DNA from: Thermoanaerobaculia bacterium
GTDB lineage: Bacteria > Acidobacteriota > Thermoanaerobaculia > Multivoradales > JAHEKO01
NCBI GenBank assembly: GCA_050747865.1
Contig: JBOGJI010000235.1
Span: 1-55,267 of the forward strand
Direction of reading: 5' to 3'
DNA: 55,267 bases
This document shows positions 8,882 through 16,981 of this stretch, piece by piece (the first letter of the stretch is position 1; each line of letters starts with the position of its first letter). The position numbers were made by a program, and so were the translations under genes. The notes beneath the pieces are model-generated. The model saw nothing but the letters and a program-made list of their open reading frames with translations. It did not search any database and was not told where the DNA came from.

Positions 8882-9979
8882 ATGGGCATCCTGGACAGCA
8901 TCGGTGACGCGGCAAGACAGGTCGGCGGCGTATTCAAGGGGGCCGCCGAGGCGCTGTGGGAGACCGGCGAGGGCATCGTGGGCCTCGGCGTCGGAATCGC
9001 CAAGACGAGCTACGACACGAGCCCCCTGGGGCTCGCGATCACCGGCGCGACGCAGCTCTACGAACGAACGACCGGCAACGAGGCGAAGCTGCCGGAGTGG
9101 CTGCCCTCGGCCGAGCGCGGCGCGGCCCGTCTCGGCGCCGCGGCCGAGGTGGTCGGCACCATCGTGCAAGACCCCGGCCTGCTGGTCGACGCGGTCGTCG
9201 ACCCGATCAGGGACGACTGGAACAACGGCAACTACGGCGAGGCCATCGGCCGCGGCGCCATCGAGGTCCTCGGTGTCGTCTTCGGCACGAAGGGCGTTGA
9301 CAAGCTCGCCAAGACGGCGCGCATCGCCGACGCCGCCGGCGACGCGGGCCGCGCCGCCCGCGCCGCCGATACCGCGACCGACGCCGCAAGGGCCGGCCGA
9401 GCAGCCGAGACCGCCGAGGACACGGCCGATGCGGGCCGCGCCGCACGGCAGGCGGACCGAGCCACCGACGCCGGGCACGGCCTAAGCCGGTCCCAGATTG
9501 ACGAGATCAAGGCGACCCCGAAGGGTCAACGGCCAGACCCGAGCGAATATCTGTCCCCGACCTATATCTCCGACCACCTGGCCCAATTCGACGCCGGGGC
9601 CACGCGATTCATGCCGCGCAGCACACTGAACAAATACGGCATCGCTCGTGAGGACGGGACGTCCTTCGTCATGCCGCGACACGAAGCCGACCTGATCGAG
9701 GATGCCGCGAGGCGCGGTGACCTGCGCTACGTGGAGGAGGCGTTGGGTCTGAAGGAGGGCTTCTTCGATCAGGGAGAGCTTGTCCGGGTCGACGTGCCGA
9801 ATCCGCGCGAGCTGAATCTGCGCATACCGTCGGGAAACGAAGCCGGGGCGAGCGAGCTTTGGATCCCCGGAGGCAAACTCCCGAACGGGGCCTCTGAGGC
9901 TGTCATCGACGCCGGCGGCCTGCCCGATTCGCGCTACACTACGCGTGTCGTCGAGGTCGCCGGGGGAAACGGAGAATGA
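8882..9979 (+). CDS. polymorphic-toxin-like protein (helical N-terminal module, repetitive linker, unassigned C-terminal domain)
   Basis: 365 aa with no signal peptide. PT-TG-like stretch ITGATQLYERTTGNEAKLPEWLPSAERGAARLG (assigned from memory). Quasi-repeat linker DAGRAARAADTATDAARAGRAAETAEDTADAGRAARQADRATDAG. Distinct C-terminal domain with ...IPSGNEAGASELWIPGGKLPNGASEAVID. Confidence 0.6.
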   Translation: MGILDSIGDAARQVGGVFKGAAEALWETGEGIVGLGVGIAKTSYDTSPLGLAITGATQLYERTTGNEAKLPEWLPSAERGAARLGAAAEVVGTIVQDPGLLVDAVVDPIRDDWNNGNYGEAIGRGAIEVLGVVFGTKGVDKLAKTARIADAAGDAGRAARAADTATDAARAGRAAETAEDTADAGRAARQADRATDAGHGLSRSQIDEIKATPKGQRPDPSEYLSPTYISDHLAQFDAGATRFMPRSTLNKYGIAREDGTSFVMPRHEADLIEDAARRGDLRYVEEALGLKEGFFDQGELVRVDVPNPRELNLRIPSGNEAGASELWIPGGKLPNGASEAVIDAGGLPDSRYTTRVVEVAGGNGE

Positions 9980-10260
9980 AGCACGCGAAAGACTACTTCG
10001 TCTCGCGCGAGCACTACTATGCGCTTGGCGTCGACGAGGACACTGGTCGTCATTACCTCTCGATCCCGGTCGACAACGGTCGCGTCTCGTACGAGGAGTA
10101 TTACGAGATCGACGAGGAGACCTACAGCCGTTACATGGCCGATCCCGAAGCCGCCTTGGCGTTTGCGGAGCGGTGCAGGAATCGCGAGGTGGACGACGCG
10201 CTGATCTACCAGCCGAGCAAAGTTCGCGGCGAGCCGTATCGGCCCAAGGCATCGCCGTAG
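9976..10260 (+). CDS. putative cognate immunity protein (small acidic cytoplasmic protein)
   Basis: 94 aa. Its ATG lies inside the toxin stop (ATGA at 9976-9979) with SD GGAG just upstream. No signal peptide and rich in D/E/Y. Same lowered G+C as the toxin C-terminus. Confidence 0.55.
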   Translation: MKHAKDYFVSREHYYALGVDEDTGRHYLSIPVDNGRVSYEEYYEIDEETYSRYMADPEAALAFAERCRNREVDDALIYQPSKVRGEPYRPKASP

Positions 10261-10358
10261 TCCACAGCCCGCTTTCTCCGGGCTGGGGGCGGTGGCGATC
10301 AACTTCAGAGACGTCTGGTTCAGCCGGCGGGGGAGGTGCATGAGACAATGCCGGCGTT

Positions 10359-11204
10359 GTGTGTTCGCTGTCCCTGCGTCTGCGGTTGAGCGCTGTACTG
10401 CTTGTGGCCGGCGCGGCTAGCGTGGCGTCGGCGGTGGCCGGCACGGCGACCGAGGTGGCGCCCGGCAACCTGGTGCGCTGGAGCGGGGACGCGGCGGTGA
10501 CGGCCTGCCAGATGCAGGGCCGTCGGTGGGTGCCGATCGAGGGGACCTGCTGGTACGCCGTCGACCTGCTGCAGCCCGCAGGCGGCGTCGAGCTCGGCCG
10601 GGTGCGCGACGGGCGGATGGAGACCGCACGAGTGGCCGTCGCGGAATACCCGTATCCGGTGCAGCACATCACGCTGACCGACACCAGCCGGGTCGATCTG
10701 TCGCCGGCCGATCTCGAGCGCGCGGAGCGCGAGGAGGCCGAGATCGAGCGCCTGTGGGAGCTCGACACGCCGCGCCGCTTCACCCTGCCGCTGGCAGCGC
10801 CGCTCGAGCCCCTCCCCGGGGGCGGCCGGTTCGGCAGCCGCCGCTTCTTCAACGGTCAGCCGCGCAACCCGCACTCGGGCGCCGACTATGCGGCCGCGAG
10901 CGGCGCCCCCGTGCTCGCCGTCGCCGACGGCACGGTGGCGCTCGCCGGCGACTTCTTCTTCTCCGGCAACTCGGTGTTCATCGACCACGGCGACGGCCTC
11001 ATCGGCATGGCGTTCCACCTCTCCGCGATCGACGTCGCCGAAGGTGAGGAAGTCGTGCGCGGCCAGGTCATCGGCAAGGTGGGCGCCACCGGCCGCGCTT
11101 CCGGCCCGCACCTCCACTTCGGCGTCCGCTGGCGCGGCGCCCGCGTCGATCCCGCCCTCCTCTTCGATCCCACGCGAGTCCCGGCGGTCGCGCCACCGCC
11201 GTGA
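10359..11204 (+). CDS. M23-family metallopeptidase (secreted)
   Basis: 281 aa. Signal-like LRLSAVLLVAGAASVASAVAG. HxxxD motif HSGADYAA and HxH motif GPHLHFGV. Confidence 0.85.
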   Translation: MCSLSLRLRLSAVLLVAGAASVASAVAGTATEVAPGNLVRWSGDAAVTACQMQGRRWVPIEGTCWYAVDLLQPAGGVELGRVRDGRMETARVAVAEYPYPVQHITLTDTSRVDLSPADLERAEREEAEIERLWELDTPRRFTLPLAAPLEPLPGGGRFGSRRFFNGQPRNPHSGADYAAASGAPVLAVADGTVALAGDFFFSGNSVFIDHGDGLIGMAFHLSAIDVAEGEEVVRGQVIGKVGATGRASGPHLHFGVRWRGARVDPALLFDPTRVPAVAPPP

Positions 11205-12712
11205 CCGTGCGGTCCGCGCTCCATCGACCGCTCTGCCCGGAGGGACGCGCCGCGGCGGAGGGGGCGGCGAGCGCGGTCTGTGCCGAGGCGGCCCGGCCCT
11301 ACGTGCTCGCCGCCACCATCCTCGCCTCGGCCATGGCCTTCATCGACGGCTCGGTGGTGACCATCGCGCTGCCGGCGATCCAGGACGAGCTGGCGACGGA
11401 CTTCCAGAGGCTGCAGTGGGTGGTGCACGGCTACACGTTGATGCTCGGCGCCCTGTTGCTGGTCGGCGGCGGGCTCGGCGACCGCATCGGCCGGCGTCGC
11501 GTGTTCGTCGCCGGGCTCCTCCTCTTCACGCTCGCCTCGATCGCCTGCGCGGCGGCGCCGTCGATCGGCGTATTGATCGCCGGGCGCGTCGTGCAGGGGA
11601 TCGGCGCGGCCGCGCTGGTGCCGCAGAGCCTGGCGATCATCGCCGCCAGCTTTCCGAAGGAGGTGCGGGGCGCGGCGATCGGGACCTGGGCCGCTGCCTC
11701 CGCGGTGACCACGGCGCTGGGGCCGCCGCTCGGCGGCTTCCTGATCGACAGCCTCTCCTGGCGGGTCGCCTTCTGGATCAACATCCCGCTCGCCGCCGCC
11801 GCCTTCTGGCTGACGCAGCGCCACGTGCCGGAGAGCCGCAACGAGCAGGCAGGCGGCGCGGTCGACTGGGGCGGGGCGGCGGTCGCCGTCGTGTCGCTCG
11901 GCGTGCTGACGCTCGGGCTGACGATGCTGTCCGAGCAGGGCGGCAGCCGCGGCCTGGCCTACTCTTGCCTCGCCGTCGGCGCGCTCGGCATCCTGCCGTT
12001 CCTGCGCCTGGAGAGCCGGGCTGAGAACCCGGTGATGCCTCCGGCGCTCTTCCGCTCCCCGGTCTTCACCGGAACCAACATCGTCACGCTGTTCCTCTAC
12101 GGGAGCCTGTCCGGTGCGCTTTTCCTCCTGCCCTTCGAGCTCATCGAGCGGCGCGGCCTCTCGGCGACGCAGGTCGGCCTCACGCTGCTGCCGCTCGGGC
12201 TCATCATCGGCCTGTTCTCGCGCCGGGCCGGCGCGGCGGCCGACCGCGTCGGGCCGCGGCCTTTCCTCGCCGTGGGCGCGCTGCTCGTCGTCCTCGCCTG
12301 TGCCGGGCTGGCGCTGAACCTTTCGAACTTCTGGCTGGGCGTGCTGCTGCCCGTGCTGCTGCTCGCGGCCGGTTTGGCGACGGCGGTGTCGCCGCTCACC
12401 ACGGCGGTCATGAACTCGGTGCCGGACGCGCAATCCGGGGCCGCCTCGGGGGTCAACAACGCGGCGAGCCGGCTCGCGGGCCTGTTTTCGGTGGCGATCC
12501 TCGGCGCCGTGGCGAGCTTGCTCTTCGCCCGTGCGGCGCCGCCGCAGGCGCGGTTCGGCGTGCTTCCGCCGCTCGACGATCCGGCGCGCGCCACGCTGGA
12601 GGGCGCTTTCTCGACCGGGTATGCGGCCGCCATGGCTTTGGCCGCCGTGGGGGCCGCGGCGGCGGCGGTCTGTTCGTTCCTGTTGCCACGCCGCGCCGCG
12701 CGGCCGGCGTGA
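11201..12712 (+). CDS. MFS transporter, DHA2 (EmrB/QacA-like, about 14 TMS)
   Basis: 503 aa and highly hydrophobic. LGDRIGRRRVF motif. GTG start overlaps the M23 stop (GTGA). Confidence 0.85.
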   Translation: MTVRSALHRPLCPEGRAAAEGAASAVCAEAARPYVLAATILASAMAFIDGSVVTIALPAIQDELATDFQRLQWVVHGYTLMLGALLLVGGGLGDRIGRRRVFVAGLLLFTLASIACAAAPSIGVLIAGRVVQGIGAAALVPQSLAIIAASFPKEVRGAAIGTWAAASAVTTALGPPLGGFLIDSLSWRVAFWINIPLAAAAFWLTQRHVPESRNEQAGGAVDWGGAAVAVVSLGVLTLGLTMLSEQGGSRGLAYSCLAVGALGILPFLRLESRAENPVMPPALFRSPVFTGTNIVTLFLYGSLSGALFLLPFELIERRGLSATQVGLTLLPLGLIIGLFSRRAGAAADRVGPRPFLAVGALLVVLACAGLALNLSNFWLGVLLPVLLLAAGLATAVSPLTTAVMNSVPDAQSGAASGVNNAASRLAGLFSVAILGAVASLLFARAAPPQARFGVLPPLDDPARATLEGAFSTGYAAAMALAAVGAAAAAVCSFLLPRRAARPA

Positions 12713-13179
12713 ATCGGCTGCGGGCCGACCACCACATCCTGTGCTACCCTTGCGACCCGGAGACGGTTTTGACTGGTCAAAAGCTCGCCAGCGCGATCCT
12801 CGCCATGCAGCTCCTGGTGCCTCTGGTGTGGGCGCCGTTGCGGCTGGCGCCGCTGGCTCGTGAGTGCACCTGTGACCACGCGCACAGCCACTGCACCGAC
12901 TGCGCCTGCCCGGTGCCACCGGTGAAGCGCCCGCAGCCCGAATGTCACGGCAGCGGTCCGGGCGCGCAGTGCTCCATCTCCTCGGCCGGCAAGTCGGCGC
13001 CCGTCGCTCTGCTCACCGTCCTGGACGAGCTGTTTCGGGGCGCCACCATGCCGACGGCGGCGCGACTGCTGCCTCCCCGGTTGAACGGCGTCACGCGGCC
13101 GCCCGAGTCCCAGGCGCCGTTGCAGGCGAGCCCCGCCCCTCCGACCCCTCCGCCTCAGCCTTCCTTTCGCGTCGCGTAG
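12709..13179 (+). CDS. small Cys/His-rich exported protein (DUF2946-like motifs), start uncertain
   Basis: Motifs HHILCYPC, ECTCDHAHSHCTDCAC and PECHG. One hydrophobic segment, LASAILAMQLLVPLVW. Alternative in-frame starts are TTG 12769 and ATG about 12805. Lies immediately upstream of the TonB-dependent receptor. Confidence 0.5.
   Translation: MNRLRADHHILCYPCDPETVLTGQKLASAILAMQLLVPLVWAPLRLAPLARECTCDHAHSHCTDCACPVPPVKRPQPECHGSGPGAQCSISSAGKSAPVALLTVLDELFRGATMPTAARLLPPRLNGVTRPPESQAPLQASPAPPTPPPQPSFRVA
12767..12782. promoter_or_regulatory. AT-rich perfect palindrome TTTTGAC-tg-GTCAAAA (candidate operator)
   Basis: Read directly from the sequence. 7-bp arms with a 2-nt spacer, sitting between the MFS stop and the hydrophobic segment of the Cys/His protein. 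Confidence 0.35.
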
Positions 13180-13326
13180 CCCGTCGGATCCCCGCCGCAC
13201 GCCGCGACGGAGATCCGGGTATCGGGCGGCCGCGCTCCGTGAGCCCCTACCGGGTCTCTTCGTGTCCTAAGACAACGGGCTCCCGGCGGCGCGGGCCGTC
13301 CGCGATGACTCGAAAGGAAGGAGTAG

Positions 13327-15714
13327 ATGATGCGCACGTGGAGTGCCAGGCGCAGCGCCTGGATGTTCCCCTCGCTCGTCGCGGCCGTTGCCCTGCTGGC
13401 CACGGCGCCGGCCGGAGCTATGAGGTTCGCACAGACGGCTGAACCGAGCCAGACATCGCGCGGCGACGAACCGACCGAGGACAAACGACCCGAACAGTCA
13501 ACGGAGGACGACCCGCCCGCCGCGCGCGGAGAGGTCAAAGAGTCGATCACCGTCTTCGGTGAGGGCGTGGAGGAGACCGACTACACCAGCCCCAAGAGCT
13601 TGCTTACCTCACAGGACCTCGAGCCGATCGCCGTCGTGACGACCGAGGACATCGTCAAATACGAGCCGAGCCTCGTCATCCGGCGCCGCTTCATCGGCGA
13701 CGCCAACGGAACCATGGGCATCCGCGGCTCGAACATGTTCCAGACCACCCGCTCGATGGTCTTCGCCGACGGGATCCCCCTGCACTATTTCCTCGAGACT
13801 CGATGGAACGGGTCGCCGCGCTGGGGCCTGGTCAACGCCGATGAGGTCGGCTTCGTGGAAGTGGTCTACGGGCCCTTCTCGGCCGAATACAGCGGCAACG
13901 CGATGGGCGGCGTCGTCAATATCGAGACCAAGATCCCGACCGAGCGCCACGTCCACTTCGAGGGCATGCTCATCAACCAGGATTTCGACGCCCTGGGGGT
14001 GGGGGACGACTCGCTGGACGGCTTCCGGGGGTTCCTCTCCTACGGCGACCGGATCGGCGGCTTCAGCTTCTACGGTGCCATGACCCGGCTGGAGAACCAC
14101 GGGCAGACACAAGCTTTCCTGTTCGACACCCAGGGTGTGCCGAGCGGAGAGGAGGTTCCGGTCCGCGGATCGCTGAGTGGCCGCGACGAGTACGGCGAAG
14201 GCGCCCGCTACTTCGGCAACGCCGGCCCGGTCGATTCGCTGACCGACCAGTTCAAGCTCAAGCTCGGCTACGAGTTCGGTGACGGCTGGCTGGCGCTGCT
14301 CAACACCGGCTATGAGGTCCGAAACCTCGAGACCGACGCTGCCGAGAATTACCTGGTCGGTCTCGACGGCCAGCCGGTGTGGAGCGGCAGGGTGGTCGAA
14401 GACGGCGTCGCCTTCGACGTTTCGGGCAGCGACTTCCTGGTCGACGTGCAGGATCGCCGCACGCTGCTCCTGGGGCTGCGCCTCAGCGGCCCCCTGAACG
14501 ATCGCTGGAGTCTGCAGGCGGCGCTGAGCTCGTTCGACATCCTCGAGGACGAGGCGCGCGCCTCGCTGCGCAATCCCGCGGACCCCGCGTACACGCCGAC
14601 AGGCACCGTCCGCGACAACGACGACGCCAGCTGGCAGTCGGCCGACGTGAAGCTGCAGAACGACGCGCTGGGAGGCAACGACGCCCTCAGCCTAGTCACC
14701 GGCTACCGCTGGGAGACCTACTCCCTCGGCGTCAGCAACTACGACTCCGACGACTACGCGAGCGGCGCGCGCAGCGCGCTCAACAACGCCAGCGGCGGGG
14801 ACAGCGAGCTGCACGCCCTCTTCGCGCAGCTCGGCTGGCGTCTTGGATCCCGATGGGACCTGGCGCTCGGCGGGCGTTACGAGGACTGGGCGACCGACGA
14901 CGGCTTCTTCAACGACCTGGGGGAGGTCGAGCACCATGTCGACCGCGCGGAGGAGCGTTTCTCGCCCAAGTTCTCGCTCGGCTTCGCTCCCAGCGCCGGC
15001 TGGCGGCTGCGCCTGTCGGCGGCCAAGGCTTACCGCTTCCCGATCGTCGAGGAGCTGTTTCAGAACGAGCGGAGCACCAACGGCACCTCGATCGCCAACG
15101 CCGACCTGGAGCCCGAAGACGGCCGGCATCTCAACTGGATGGTCGAACGCTATCTGTCGGCCGGCGTACTCCGGCTCAACGTGTTCACGGAGACGATCGA
15201 GGACACCATCGAGGGCCAGTCGACCATCGTCGACAACCGCACCATCCGCACCTTCCTGCCGATCGACGAGGTGGAGACCCATGGAGTCGAGCTGATCTAC
15301 GGACGGAGCCGCATCGGTGACAGCCGGCTGGGCGCGCGGTTCAACGTCACCTATCTCGACTCCGAGATCATCGAGAACCGCGCCGACCCGAGCCTCGAGG
15401 GCAAGGTCTATCCGCGCATGCCCAGGTGGCGCGCCAACCTGCTGCTCGACTACGCGCTCGCCGCTCGCTGGCAGCTCGGCGGCGGCGTGCGGTACTCGAG
15501 CGACAGCTACGGCGATCTCGACAACGCCGACACCGCGCGCGAGGTCTTCGGCGCCATCGACGCCTACACCCAGCTCAATCTCAAGGTCGGCTACCGGCTC
15601 AACGAGATGGTCCGCTTCAACCTGGCGGTCGACAACTTGACCGACGAGATCACGTACGTGCACCACCCATGGCCCGGCCGCACGGCGAGCCTGGAGGTGG
15701 TCATCGACCGTTGA
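13327..15714 (+). CDS. TonB-dependent outer-membrane receptor
   Basis: 795 aa with a signal peptide. Plug-domain pattern ...VVTTEDIVKYEPSLVIRRR...IRGSN...VFADGIPL and a long beta-barrel. SD AAGGAAGGAG lies before ATGATG. Confidence 0.9.
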   Translation: MMRTWSARRSAWMFPSLVAAVALLATAPAGAMRFAQTAEPSQTSRGDEPTEDKRPEQSTEDDPPAARGEVKESITVFGEGVEETDYTSPKSLLTSQDLEPIAVVTTEDIVKYEPSLVIRRRFIGDANGTMGIRGSNMFQTTRSMVFADGIPLHYFLETRWNGSPRWGLVNADEVGFVEVVYGPFSAEYSGNAMGGVVNIETKIPTERHVHFEGMLINQDFDALGVGDDSLDGFRGFLSYGDRIGGFSFYGAMTRLENHGQTQAFLFDTQGVPSGEEVPVRGSLSGRDEYGEGARYFGNAGPVDSLTDQFKLKLGYEFGDGWLALLNTGYEVRNLETDAAENYLVGLDGQPVWSGRVVEDGVAFDVSGSDFLVDVQDRRTLLLGLRLSGPLNDRWSLQAALSSFDILEDEARASLRNPADPAYTPTGTVRDNDDASWQSADVKLQNDALGGNDALSLVTGYRWETYSLGVSNYDSDDYASGARSALNNASGGDSELHALFAQLGWRLGSRWDLALGGRYEDWATDDGFFNDLGEVEHHVDRAEERFSPKFSLGFAPSAGWRLRLSAAKAYRFPIVEELFQNERSTNGTSIANADLEPEDGRHLNWMVERYLSAGVLRLNVFTETIEDTIEGQSTIVDNRTIRTFLPIDEVETHGVELIYGRSRIGDSRLGARFNVTYLDSEIIENRADPSLEGKVYPRMPRWRANLLLDYALAARWQLGGGVRYSSDSYGDLDNADTAREVFGAIDAYTQLNLKVGYRLNEMVRFNLAVDNLTDEITYVHHPWPGRTASLEVVIDR

Positions 15715-15736
15715 CGACAGGGGCGAGGAGGACACC

Positions 15737-16981
15737 ATGCGATTCCCCGGAGCCGTCTCTCGTTTCCTGGCGACCGCCGCGCTGGCGGCGGTCGCCGGCT
15801 GCGCGCCGGACGGCGTACCATCGCCGCAGGCGGGGGCCCACCATCACACCGTGGCCGAAGAGCCGCCGTGCGAGGAGACCTCGATCGACTGTGGCAACAC
15901 ACCGAGCCTCACCTTCGACCGCTCCGGGCGGCTGTGGGCGGTGTTCGAGCAGGAGGGGCACGCCTACGTGACCCGCTCGGATGACCGAGGCGCGAGCTTC
16001 TCGCCGCCGGTGCGGGTCAACGCCGAGGCCGAGGAGATCGAGACCAACGGCGAGGGCCGACCGAAGCTGGCTCTCGGGCCGCGGGGGGAGGTCTATATCT
16101 CGTGGACCCGCAGCACCGGGAGGTTCAGCGGTGACATCCGCTTCAGCCGTTCGCTTGACGGCGGCGCCAGCTTCACGCCACCGGTGACGGTGAACGATGA
16201 CGGCAAAGACACCGGCAACCGCTTCGACTCGCTGTGGGTCGACGCTGCCGGCGACGTATACCTGGCCTGGATCGACAAGCGCGACCGCGATGCCGCGGAG
16301 CGCGCTGGCAGGAAGTACCGGGGAGTGTCGGTCTACTACACCGTCTCCATCGACCGCGGAGCGTCGTTCGTGCCCAATCGACGGGTGGCGCACAACGCCT
16401 GCGAATGCTGCCGCATCGGCATCACCGACGCTCCGGGAGGCGGCGCGGCGATCCTCTGGCGCCACGTCTTCGCCCCCAACGTCCGGGATCACGCCTTCAC
16501 CCTCCTCGACCGCGAGGATGCCGGCGAGCTGCAACGCGTCTCCCACGAGGGCTGGGCGATCGACGCCTGCCCTCACCATGGGCCCGCGCTGGCGCCTGCC
16601 TCCGTCGACGGCTACCACATGACCTGGTTCACCGCCGCGGACGGGCGTCCGCGGATCTACTACGGCCGGTGGGACCCGGAGAGCGGAGAGACTCGCCACC
16701 GGCGGGAGATCGCCGGTGGCGCGCAGGCCTCGCATCCGCATATCGCCCGGACCGGTGACCTCCTGGTGGTCGTCTGGAAAGAGGTCGGCTCGCCTCGCAC
16801 CAGCGTGTACAGCATCGTGTCGACCGACGGTGGCGAGACCTGGTCCGACCGCCGATCCCTCGCGACCACCGAGGGCGCTTCGGATCATCCGTTCCTCCTC
16901 GGTTACGGCGGCGACACCTATCTCGCCTGGCACACCGGCTCCGAGGGCCTGCGGATGGTTCCGGTACCTCATGAGGGCTAG
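15737..16981 (+). CDS. BNR/sialidase-like beta-propeller lipoprotein with Cys/His motifs
   Basis: Lipobox LAAVAGC. BNR-like repeats SDDRGASF, SLDGGASF, SIDRGASF and STDGGETWS. Unusual AHHH, NACECCRIG and DACPHHGP motifs. Confidence 0.75.
   Translation: MRFPGAVSRFLATAALAAVAGCAPDGVPSPQAGAHHHTVAEEPPCEETSIDCGNTPSLTFDRSGRLWAVFEQEGHAYVTRSDDRGASFSPPVRVNAEAEEIETNGEGRPKLALGPRGEVYISWTRSTGRFSGDIRFSRSLDGGASFTPPVTVNDDGKDTGNRFDSLWVDAAGDVYLAWIDKRDRDAAERAGRKYRGVSVYYTVSIDRGASFVPNRRVAHNACECCRIGITDAPGGGAAILWRHVFAPNVRDHAFTLLDREDAGELQRVSHEGWAIDACPHHGPALAPASVDGYHMTWFTAADGRPRIYYGRWDPESGETRHRREIAGGAQASHPHIARTGDLLVVVWKEVGSPRTSVYSIVSTDGGETWSDRRSLATTEGASDHPFLLGYGGDTYLAWHTGSEGLRMVPVPHEG

Noticed and set aside
9330-9480. 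Quasi-repetitive GC-rich DNA (gccgc/gacgc units) that could be mistaken for a repeat array.
   Set aside because: It is in frame inside the toxin-like gene and encodes an imperfect DAGRAAR/ATDA-type low-complexity linker. There is no regular repeat-spacer periodicity, so it is not a CRISPR or VNTR locus.
13180-13326. The leader of the TonB-dependent receptor examined for a riboswitch (cobalamin or TPP type).
   Set aside because: I could not find a B12-box-like or other conserved riboswitch core by eye. At about 150 nt it is also short for a cobalamin element.
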